Part shown: positions 1 to 11,442 of the stretch, one piece after another
Position numbering within the stretch: position 1 is the first letter of the stretch
How the letters are laid out: each line of letters opens with the position of its first letter
Translations under genes and position numbers: made by a program
From: Nageia nagi
Taxonomy: Eukaryota > Plantae > Pinophyta
Length of the DNA stretch: 64,000 nucleotides
NCBI GenBank assembly: GCA_050084985.1
Contig: JBITNC010000001.1
Location: 85,250,001-85,314,000 of the forward strand
Direction: 5' to 3'
Notes under the pieces: model-generated
What the model was told of the DNA's origin: nothing
Seen by the model: the letters and a program-made list of their open reading frames with translations, nothing else
Databases searched by the model: none

Positions 1-1220
1 TATTAATTTCTAAGTGAACCAAAATCTCCTGGATGAGGTTATAGGGATTTTGATGTTGAGAAAAATATTGAGGCATAATAATCATAGCCTCAAGTTGAAG
101 CTTACCATATTCTAAAAATGTGGTCTAGAGCTGTAACAAAAGAAGAATGAAGGGGTGGTTTGAATTTCTTTCCCAGAGCCATGGCAAGAAGTTACCCAAA
201 TCATCATGTAATTCATTACCTTGGATACCATTGATCTTTGGGTTAGGATCTTCCTAGATGAGGCACTTAAGGATTTCCTGAATAGTAATGCAAATGATAT
301 GTATCATTAGGGGATTATTCTTAAGTTATTTAAGTTCATTATAGGGAAAATGAGGATTTCATATAGCTTCAATTAGATTAGGATTGAGGTACCAATGGCT
401 CTACTAGTCATGGATGAAATATAGCTTGTGTATTCAGAGAAGAAGTCTAGGATGAAATTTGAAGATAAAGATTATCATCCATCCTATATTGAAGGGAGTG
501 GGAGGTAGCATCTATGATGAAAAGATAAGAAGGATGTTATTTAAATGGAATAAATAGATTCAAATTCCACTTCAGAAGAGGTTTAGTATTTTCATCAAGT
601 TGTGGATAAATTTAGGGTGGCTAGATTCCTAATAATCAATAAGAAGGCTTGTTTAGGGATCTGAATGAGTTAGAAAAAGAAGGAAAGAAAGTATTGGAAG
701 GGGAGGACTCATTGGATGTTTTAGAGCATGAGAAGGGACTCTTGGTTAAAGGAAAGTAGGGCCCACTTAGGGAGAAAGAAGGTTCTTATTCCATCCATGG
801 TAGCAATATTCTTAGTCTAGTTTGTTCTATTATACACATGTTGGAAGCCCTTAGTAAGTCTACATGATTTGGAGACTAAGGAGGGCAATAAATGTTGATG
901 ATCTCTAGATATATGAAATCATGTTAGTTCATTTTGTTGGTGCTTACAGTTGTATTCTTTTTTATCTGTTATGTGTTTAAAAGGTATACTAGGTGTTCTA
1001 TTACTTATCTATTATATTCTTGTAAGGGGTAATAGGGATATTGTATTAGAGTTTTTTGACTATTGAATGATGAACTGGATGATGGGTGTTCTATAGCCAT
1101 TTTTTCCATTTTGAACAGTCCCTAATCTATCCTAATTCATGAACTTTAATGCTTACGTTAGAGGATATTATAATGGGTGAGGATTCCCTTACAAATTCAT
1201 CCTCCAATACAAGCAAAAAA
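1..1220 (+). mobile_element. 3' end of a degenerate non-LTR (LINE-associated) element with an extra-ORF remnant and short A-tail
   Basis: About 167-230 translates as SFPEPWQEVTQIIM*FITLD, the same motif class as the extra ORFs at 12.1-12.7 kb and 59.0-59.5 kb. The segment ends in ...ccaatacaagcaaaaaa at 1220. Confidence 0.45.
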
Positions 1221-1416
1221 TAATATGTTGACTTAGATGTAAAAGGTATCCAACAATAATATTATTGCTTAGATCACAAATATATCCATAAATAATTTTA
1301 TCATCTAGATAAAGAAGGTATATATAAATAAACATATTTCTTGGATAAATAAGAAATCCATTAATAAATATGTTAACATGGATATCCTACATGAGCCTAC
1401 ATACTTTACGAGTAAG

Positions 1417-2021
1417 TGTAGATGCCTCAAAATGAACCTTTATGCATTTAATAAAATATTTTAATCCTTTAACAATGTATTATTTAAAAAAGGAGTTAAA
1501 AATGTATAAAAAATGTGTAGGCCATGTATTTGACCTTTTTAGAATATATGAGAGGCCAAAATATCAAATTCATGTAAACTTATATCATATATAAAGGCAT
1601 CATTTGATGACCTATAGATCATGAGCGCATCATAGGAAATAATCATTTCAAGCTAATACAAGGATTATCAATTGGAGATAATTTGAAGGATTGCAACTTG
1701 CTTTCTCTATCTATATTGCACATTACTTTTTTTGTTAGTTTGCATGTATGTTCATCATTTAATTATTCACTAATTCACTCATCACTACATTCTTGTTTGC
1801 ATTTGTAATTTTGTTCATCCTACAGCACTGATGGCATGCCAATTCTAGGGCATCAATAACATACTTGTTTATTATTGGAATGAATATAGAATCTAAGTAA
1901 ACACTACTAAATTCTTGTTACACATTACCGTATTTCTGATATATGCATCAATATTTACAAAATAGAGAGATAATGCATTAATCAATCCCATTTACATTCA
2001 TTGCATTATTTAGCATCTGCA
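1417..2021 (+). repeat. 5' LTR of the 1417-7142 element
   Basis: TGTAGATG...CATCTGCA inverted ends; colinear with 6511-7142; followed by a degenerate PBS-like ttttagtgaatc. Confidence 0.9.
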
Positions 2022-2566
2022 TTTTAGTGAATCATGATTATTTTTACAAACCCTAGAATTTTTCATTTTAAGGTATCACTTTTTTTAGGAGTATTGCATT
2101 AAAAACTCTTGGTTTTATTTTCCTTTTTGGTTAAATTAACTTTTCTCTAATTTGAAAACTTTTGTTGCTTCAAATATAATTATTTTCTTGAAAAACGTCA
2201 CTCTAGAAAACCCTAGTTTTTGAAGGTCATTTTCTTCAATTTAGTCAGATCTAGCATTAGAAAACTTTGTCCAAACCATAGATACATATAATTGGGATGT
2301 TTTTCTAATTTGTTTAGGTCTTGATTTGCATATTTCTAGTGATTTTGAAAATATTTTTGTAAAAAACATCATCTTGAAAAATCATACATTTTGAACACAT
2401 TTTGCAACTCTTTGGTGACTTATTTTATGCTAAAATTTTATCAAACCCATAGGTCATCATAATAGGGAACTTTTGCAGATTAATTTGAGCCCTTTGAATG
2501 CATTTCTATCAAGATTTCTAGAAGTTTTCATATAAAAATATTGTTTCCATCTTCTCGCATTCTCTC

Positions 2567-3510
2567 ATGGATAAGGCATTTAAAAATGGTTTGTTTGAAT
2601 GTTTGAATGTGATAAGTGATTTATTTGCACATCCTCCTAAAGAGGAAATGGATGTTATACATAATAGAAAATCTTTTGATGAATTAGGTTTATCAAATTC
2701 ACGCTTGACTACTATGAATGATGATATGCTAAGTATTATAGAAAATCTAGTGCATGACAATGTTATTTCTAATGATTATATGGCTGAATTTGATTGTGAT
2801 GCATATTTAAATTTGGATGCTATGGACAAGTTTGAAATGAGTGATATTGTATTTGAAAAATTGACACTTCAAGATCAATTTTAGAAAATTAAAGTACAGA
2901 TGTTAGTCAATCCCTCTTTGATGTTTGGAATTTATAATAATCTTGAATTAAAAGAAAAATATCATGCATTTGTAAGGAAAGAATTAGATAAATTGTTAGA
3001 AGATCCATATGCTAGACAATATTGTATGCAAAATTTTGAGAAGGAAATTATACAAAAGCAACAAAATCAAATATCTTCTCAGCCACAACCTCAATTGAAA
3101 CCTCAACCAAAGCCACAAACTAAGCCTCAAATTCAACCAAAATAATGTTGACAAAAAGTAACATCTTAAGAAAGTTTGAAAAAATGAGACACTCATAGTG
3201 TAAGAAAATAACCCAAAGAGGATAGCCACAACTGTTCCCCACCACCCAATCAAAACATCCCCAACTTTGACATATTTAGTGGACATAAACCAAGGCTAAT
3301 TATGATGGATCTAATGAAAAGAGATTTATTGATACTGTTAGAAAGAATCACAAAAGATAGTGATACTCCGATGTGACATGATGATGCTTATTACACTTAT
3401 CATCAATAGAAGAATCATACTATAGATTCTTATTGTGATTTGAAACTTATAATTTTAGACATGATTGCAAAAGGTAAATATCAGCTCCCTCAACATACTT
3501 CAAATTTAAG
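2567..3510 (+). pseudogene. Degenerate internal ORF (gag-like C-terminus) of the non-autonomous Gypsy element
   Basis: ORFs 2567-2884 and 2900-3145 share a frame and are split by one TAG. Downstream YHQ*KNHTIDSYCDLKLIILDMIAKGKY resembles the Tat-lineage CxxHxxxxHxxxxCxxLKxxIQDLI gag motif. Confidence 0.55.
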
Positions 3511-5424
3511 GATTGAAAATTGAATAATGAAATTTCAAGATAATTATGATGAGGAAGCAAGTTGCTAGTGACATTTCATACTACATGCAAGTCACCAATG
3601 GTGTGAAAATAGTAATGGAAATAATAGTTCTTGTTTTGCACATCTATCTAGTCAAACAAGCACAAGTAAAAATTCAATTTAGTTAGATCTAGTTGAGATT
3701 TATTTACAAGAATATAGAAAACAAAAATATTGGTCTTTTGATAAGTATCTATTCAAGACTTTACTCCTTAATAGTCATTTGCAACAACATAACATATTAC
3801 CTCTAGAGCTACAAATCAAATTTGTTGATCTTCTTGAGAGAGTAGCATCTTAAGGTATAGACAATGTAGAGGATAATCTAAGCATAGAGAATCCATTTTT
3901 CTTAACAACATGTGGTAAACTGATGGGGTTTCCACCACTCCCTAATGTACTATAGTTTCTAAATTTTGCATATCATATAGGGTGCATTTCATGTAGGTTA
4001 CATATCATGGGTCTAGTCATTGCATCCTATATTAGTTGCATTTCATAACAATAACAAACAACATTATGTGCATGCAAAACAATTCATATCAAACATAGGG
4101 GCACAACCTCTTTTTATTTTTCATACAAATCCAAGAAGGACACAACATCAATGATGTGCTTGATTGTTAGCACAATGTTAGTGATGTACAAATAAAAAAA
4201 ATACATAGAGAAAATTAAAAAAAAGTGGATATAGCTTCAGCTAGGGGCAATTTCAGTTTTAGTTGGGGGCATGATGGAAATCAAATATTGAAAATTAGAA
4301 GGCTAAAACTCAAAATAAAGAATTGCAAAGTGCAAAAATTGCCTATCGATGGGACATAAAGGTAAGTAAAGGTAAGGTATCTCATCTCACATGTTTTATG
4401 TTCTTTATTGCAAAATTGTCATTGATGAATTAAGACCACTATATTTTCTTTGACTATGTGGTATGAAAAGTAAACATTGCATACATTATTCTTATGATTG
4501 CTATTTCAAACAAAATGCATATTTAACTAATAAAATTTAATACCAATGTGTCTTTGAAAATATGGTATAATATAGCATTATGGTACTCTCTATAAAATGT
4601 TGCATTGCATTGAATATCTAAATTGAACTATTTTCAATGCAAATTGAATGGATTCTTCCTCTTGAATGATATCATCATTGTATAGACAAATTGAATATAT
4701 GACCACATATTACTAGTTCATGCTTTATCTTAAAAATTTTATGGAAATTCGCAATGTTATTTCATTCAAAAGTAATGAAGAGTGATATGTATGATCATCT
4801 TTCAAAATTTTGCACTTGATATGGAAAATCTCATGGTGCTAGTAGCATGCAATTGCTACAAATAATTTTGTAAATGGTACATATTGAAATTCCATTCAAT
4901 GTCTATTCATTTCTTTGATTCTTTCATGCATATGCAATATTTTATTAATAAGGATCAAAAATTTTGAAAATATGATCATAAAATTATAAGCATACAATGT
5001 CACCAACGACATGGATTTATATTGAAAATTCATGCAAATTGATATATTGAAATGAAAAGCTAATGATTAATTGAATATATGGTACATTAATTATTTATTT
5101 TTATATTGATAATTATTCCAAAGCCATGGTCTCCCATGAGAAAATATTGCATTGAATGTAGGACATCACTAGTGTGATTCATTCAAACATCATCCATAGG
5201 CTATGACTTATTTATCATAGTAGTCTATGTATCATAATTTATATCACTATGGTTGGCATTGATCATAGTACAAACATCTGAATATTATATTTCATCCTTG
5301 CTATTTACATTGTTTATTCTTTCATCGATGTGATCTATGCAAGGTTATGTTATTTTGTACCATAGGTATTATCTAGGTGGGTATGATTGGCATTGATCAC
5401 TTACCTTTCATGAGGAAAATATAA

Positions 5425-5970
5425 TATCTTCAAGTCATAGATATAAAATATGTGATCGTCGATGGCCAAAAACACAATTAGTTAGAGTTCACACACTTAA
5501 AAGTAAACTAGCAATGTAGCCATAAGCTAGATGTTGACATTAGATCATCTCCAATGGATGATACAACTTGCTATCTATCCACATGATTTTTGCTTTGAAC
5601 CTATCTAAAACATATTATATTTGGATCATATAAATACAAACGTATGATCATCAATGGCTAACAACATAGCCAATGAGACTCACTCACTCAAAAGTAAATC
5701 AATGATACAACCATTAGTAATTTGTTGATATTGTATCATCTCCAATGGATGATACATTTTATTATGTATCCACATGGTTTTTGCTTTGAACCCATCTAAA
5801 GTGTATTGCCTTCAGATTATGGACATAAAAACACATGATCATCGATGGCCATTGATATGGCTAGTGAGAGTTCACTAACTTAAAAGATAAATTAATAATA
5901 TAATCATAAGTAAGATTACTGACATTGGATCATCTCTTATTTATGATGTAGCTTACTGTGCATCCATACT
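5425..5970 (+). repeat. Tandem array of about 190-bp units (about 3 copies) in the Gypsy 3' non-coding region
   Basis: gatcatcgatggcc...aaaagtaaa...gatcatctccaatggatgatac...ccacatg.ttttgctttgaac recurs at about 5455, 5645 and 5837. Confidence 0.8.
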
Positions 5971-6510
5971 TTTATTTTATAGGTAACACTTAATTATAGG
6001 TACACAGATTCAAAAGAACAAAAGTAAATTAATTTCAAAACCAAGGTGTTAATGCTATGCTTGCTATCTTTCAAGCTGCCAGTGGTGTACATTTCATTAC
6101 CATTTCCACCCATCCAAAGCATAACTCTCTATTTTGAGGCATGGACATAAGTGCATCATCTTCCCAAGTATCTGACATAATGAAACAACCAAATTCATGA
6201 TTGAAATAGTATAGAGAAGTTACATCATATTTTTCATCTCCAACCTTGGATATGGATTTTTAGAGTCATCCAAATGATATCTTGAAGATAACTTCTTTAG
6301 CAGCTTTTTCCTTGGCTACTCCACTCAAGGATCTTTCCTAGGGCATTCATGTCAAAAGGGAGGCAACACAAGGATCCTTAGCATCATTTATTCAACTTCA
6401 ACAAAATACAGTATCAGCAAAAAGATTAGAAAATTTTCTTTTATATCTTGGGTACACTTTTTTAGATATGTAATTCCATTGCTTCAATCACACATCCAAT
6501 GAGGGGAAAA

Positions 6511-7142
6511 TGTAGATGTCTCAAAATGAACCTTTATGTATTTAATAAATCATTTTAATTCCTTAATAATGTATTAATTAAAAAAGGGATTAAAAATGTA
6601 TAAAATAGGTGTAGGCCATGTATTTGACCTTTGTGGAATATACAAGGGGTCAAAATATGAAAGTCATGTAAACTTCTATCATATATAAAGGCATCATTTG
6701 ATTGCCTATAGATCATGACCAAATCATAGGCAAATTATCATTTTAAGCTAATACAAGGATTATCATTTGAAGGATTGTAACTTGGTTTGTCTATATATAT
6801 TACGTATCTATTATTCTATAAGTTTGAATGTATGTTCATCATTTGATTATTCACTAATTCACTCATTGCTACATTCTTGTTCACGTTTGTAATTTTGTTC
6901 ATCCTACAGCATCGATGGTGTGCCAATTCTAGGACATTAGTGATGTACTTGTTCATGAATGTATGCTCTATTCTTTATGCATTTTCTAATTAACAGAACA
7001 AATATAAAATCTAAGTAAATGCTATTGCATTCATGTTACATGTTATTGCCATATTTCTAATATATGCATCAATATTTACAAAGTAGAGAGATAGTGCATT
7101 AATCAACCCCATTTGCATTAATTGCATTATTTAGCATCTATT
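6511..7142 (+). repeat. 3' LTR of the 1417-7142 element
   Basis: Preceded by the PPT; starts TGTAGATG and ends CATCTATT (mutated CA); followed by TSD GTAAG. Confidence 0.9.
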
Positions 7143-8030
7143 GTAAGAAACCTACAAGTTACAAGAGACTAATATACATAATATCAATTAAATGCATCAT
7201 AATATATATAAATACTCAATACAACATAAGATATATGAATAAGAAGATTTCATCTAAGAAATTTGATCGTGTGGTGTACTCTAAGTCATCATAGAGATAC
7301 AAAGCTAAACTCATAGTCACCTACTATAAAAATTGTTATAGAAAAATTAATACTAAATCTAAAAAGTATAATAGTATAGTACACAAAAAGAGATGAGCAA
7401 CTAGTTCATCAAATGATAAAAATAATAAAAAAAACCTCTTAAAGATGAAGTAGTTGTCACAAATGATAAGTGTTCCTAAGACTTATACTTCACTCCCCCT
7501 TAAAATAACTTCACAAATGCAAAAGAATTTCTATTATTAGAGAACATAGCAATACAAAGGGATTTGATGAATAAATTAGTAGTGTTAAGGTTTGATGGAC
7601 AATATTGCAACCATAACATCCCATCAAAAAACTATCCTTCCTAAAATGTACTTAGATTTTAATATGTTTTAACCTTTCATGAGATATTAGACATTTAATA
7701 AAATCAATAGTTGATAGATTGTTTATCAAAATTATGGATGAACCAAATTTATCAAAGTACATTTCCTTTAAAATATTGTAAAGCTATAAAGCTTTCTAAG
7801 AAGAAAAAAATCATTTTAATGTACTATGCTTTTATAGTAGATAGAGCAAAGGTAGGCTTCTTCTTTGAGAACTAAGTGATAGTAACTAAACCAATGATAA
7901 AGGAATAAATATTAATTAATTTCATATCTTCACCATCTTTTTCATAATTAAAATTGAAGTTATAGCCACCTAAATATGATTTCTATTTAATATAAAATCA
8001 TATTTTAGGTAACAAAGTAATGTATTGTAA
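7143..8030 (-). mobile_element. Ty1/Copia remnant (RNase H end plus 3' UTR) related to the 38850-47429 element; its UTR continues left of 1416
   Basis: The minus strand gives HERLKHIKI...LQYCPSNLNTTNLFIKSL. The reverse complement of 7260-7330 matches 46559-46630. Joining the flanks of the Gypsy insert restores cttac-tcgtaaagtatgtaggct, similar to 46744-46766. Confidence 0.75.
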
Positions 8031-8899
8031 TAATAGTGTAAATATCAATAAAGCAAACATAAATAATATAAAAGGTATCAATATCAAGAACAACACCATA
8101 ACCTATGTAATTCATATAAATCTCAAGAAGCACTAATATGGAAGATATTTGGTTACAAAAGAAAAATACAAGAAAAGCATTTCCTATCAGATCTAGATTA
8201 GATCAGATAGGTCGATTGGAAGAATTGATCATCACTCCAAAAATAATAATGATGTCTCTTGATGACATTGATCTAAGGATTTATTATCTACTCTTCTTCT
8301 TAACTTAATATTGTTTGATTTTGTCTACATTTACTTCATGATGAATGATCCCTATTGAGGAGGATGATTATCATTATGAAATTCACACCATACCTCTTTT
8401 ACCATTGAGGCTCCATATTTGAGTGACAAATTAATTGAAGACTAAAGACATCAGATCTAACATGAATATATTTTATCTAGTTTAAAAGGGTATTCATAAT
8501 CTTATCCATTTATTCTATAATACTACAATTGATATTAAGTAGTTGAATAGTGAGTTGTTAATAGTAATTCATTATTTTATAACTATTTTATCTTCACAAA
8601 AATTATTTGTGCACATATACAATAGATAACATAAAATTGATGATGTTTAATATCTGATAACATAGCATGTGTGCCATTCAGAGATCTCAAGTCTGAATAA
8701 ATTTCTCCTTGCTCTAGAGTTCATGATTTAATTTGACACAACTTTTTCATCCCATTAAGGACCACAAAATCCCTCCTTTAGTGCAATTAACTAACCAAAT
8801 CATTCATCAATGATTACAATGGATAGAATTATTAAGGATTTAAAATCCAAACAATAAGAAAAGTATATAAATGAATACTATGATGGTATCTTTACTTTA

Positions 8900-9965
8900 C
8901 CTTGATTGGAAGAAATCTTAAACCTTCCCCTACCATCTATTATATAGATCCCCAAGCTTGATATATTCAATAGTGGATAGAACCCAAGATAATATCTTGT
9001 TAGCTTTCAAGATAAGTATTTGCTAAAATTGGAGGCCAAAGAAAATTTGATGACCAAATCCTTTACAAGGATTCTAAAGGGATATGTCTACCAATGGTTT
9101 TACAAACTTCCATTCAGATCCATTGATTCTTTCAAGAAACTTTCCAATGCCTTCATGTACCAACATAAATATGACATCAAGGAGTAATTCAAAGTCACAG
9201 ATCTATGCTCATTGCGCCAAGGGCCAAATAAACCTATGAAGAAGTACATTCCTTACTTCAAAAAGGTATTGCAATCAACTAATAGTAAATTGTAGTTAAG
9301 GATGAAATAAGTATTATTTTTGTAGAGTACATTGTTCCTATCCTAAAGTGATATGCTATAGATTATGCAAAAATGGATTTTAGAATAATAACGAAAACAA
9401 ATTTATCTAGAGAAAAAGTTTCTCTTGATCTTGGTACATTAAAATTTAGATCTTATATTGAAAATAAAGAATTGCAAAGATCCTATGCTAAAAAGAAAGA
9501 AAATATTTTTAATATGGCTAATGTACCTACATGGAAAACATTAACCACTCAAAGGGAGCACCAATTCACCTCTCCTATTCCACAAAGAGTGATCCTTTAA
9601 AATCTAATTAAAAAGAAGGATATTGAAGGCACTAGATAAAAGAGTTCAGGATGATCATGTATACCAATAATAAATATCAATATTATTATTATCATCAAAA
9701 GGTATACCATGTAATAAATAAATGTATATCTTCAAAGGCCACCATCCAAGATTTGATCTCTCAAGGAAAATATGAAGTGAAAGATATACAATCAAGAGAG
9801 ACTTCCACTGATCAAGCTACCACTACTATTTATGTGTATGAATACATATGTAAAACCATTGGAGGAGGGTACATAAAAGTAATTACCAACATAATCATAT
9901 ATGAACAAGTAAGTATGCCACAAGATTCAAGTTCATATAACATGGTAGAGAAATTAAAGAATACT
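8900..9965 (+). mobile_element. Degenerate Ty3/Gypsy gag fragment
   Basis: PKLDIFNSG*NP, FTRILKGYVYQWFYKLPFRSIDSFKKLSNAF (retrotransposon gag domain) and YHQKVYHVINKCISSKATIQDLISQGKY. Confidence 0.75.
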
Positions 9966-9999
9966 TAGTTTTGTTTTTTTTTCAAGCTCATTCAAATTC

Positions 10000-10979
10000 C
10001 CAAACCACATAGGGATATATTGTATGATGTATTCAAAAATGAGAAATTTCCTAGTGATATTTTTGCTTCCATATTTTTTGATAAAATCCTCTCTTGTAAA
10101 AATTTTAACTTGACTACTTATGATGATAAGGATTTTCCTAAGAAACAAATAGTTGATGAGTATTTTTCACTTGCATGGTGAGGAACTAGATGATATTAGG
10201 ATCATATAGAAGGTGTTGAGAATCCTTGAAATAAATTTTAATCATATCTTCATTGCAATTTAGGAGTCTAAGGACCTATCTTATCTCACTTTAGTTTAGT
10301 TTCTTGAAAGCTTTTAGACATATGAGCATATAATTAGAGATAAGTTAGAGGATTTTGATCAATATCTCTAAGTTAAACTTAGAATTAATGACCATGCATC
10401 TACCTCCTCTTGTTTATAATCTTCTTCAAGAGTTCATGGTTGAGGTCATGGAAGAGGAAGTTAGGGTATAGGAAGAAGTTGATTGGGTAACAGAAGCAAA
10501 AGCTTAGCCTAAAAATATTATTACTTCTATAAAAAAATATCATCACATGGAATACAAATACTAAAAAAAATAAAAATAACAAAAAATTAACTAAAGTGAA
10601 GAGCAAGGTCATACAAATATCCTCCTTACAACAACTTTGAATTTGTTGATGATAAAATTTGATACCTTGATAATGGCTTTCAAAATGAATGAGAACAAGA
10701 ACCTATTTGTAAAATATGAAGAAAATGTTAGTATACGAGTTAAATTTGTTGATAACAATTAGGTCAGCATTGTTGGAATAAGATCTATTACCTTCAAGGA
10801 AAAGACTGCTAAGATTATGCATATGCATGATACTTTATATACTCTAGGGATGAAGCATTATTTATTAAGCATTGATGAATTATTCTTGAAGAAATAAATA
10901 TCAATATTTAAAAAGAAAAGATACACAATCACAAATGAGATCAATGGCCAAGTAGTCATTTCTATTCTCATGTTTAAGA

Positions 10980-11010
<31 letters not shown>

Positions 11011-11442
11011 AATATCCAACTATGGTTAAATGCATAAATTCCACCATTAATCCTTCTTGATTGTGGCATATGAAGTTTGAAAATCCTAATTTCAACTCAT
11101 TATGTGGACTACATAAGCTTGTGAAAGGTATGCAAACCTTTTCACACCTATCAAATATTTTGTGTGAGAGTTGAATATTTAAGAAACAAGATACAGAGAA
11201 TTTTATCCATCACAAATATATATCCCATAAGCCTTTATAGTTAGTGAATTATGATATATATGGACCTATGTAGACTCCAAATATGGCTAAGTTTAGGTAT
11301 ATATTTATTTTTATTGATGATCATTTCAAAATGAGTTGGTTGTAGTTTATGTAGGAAAAATCATAGGATTTTGTTTATTTTATCAAATTTCAAGAATTGG
11401 TAAAGAATTAGTTTGATTATAGCATCAAGAAATTAATGACAT
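10000..11442 (+). mobile_element. Degenerate Ty1/Copia fragment (gag, protease, integrase N-terminus)
   Basis: HGEELDDIRII*KVLRIL...ESKDLS (gag), VKFVDNN*VSIVG, LYTLGMKHYLLSI, LWHMKF (pre-integrase) and DIYGPM...FIFIDDH (rve), in Copia order. Confidence 0.8.

Larger units (their letters stand above)
1417..7142 (+). mobile_element. Non-autonomous Ty3/Gypsy (Tat/Ogre-like) LTR retrotransposon with no recognisable pol
   Basis: Direct repeats 1417-2021 and 6511-7142 both start TGTAGATG. PPT gaggggaaaa at 6501-6510. 5-bp TSD GTAAG at 1412-1416 and 7143-7147. A gag-type His/Cys motif remnant lies near 3390-3480. Confidence 0.9.

Noticed and set aside
7142-7503. Apparent minus-strand LTR bounded by tgtaag and ca-ctccccctt
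   Set aside because: gtaag is the TSD of the Gypsy insert, and the segment matches the Copia 3' UTR at 46270-46760; the purine tract corresponds to the one at the end of pol.
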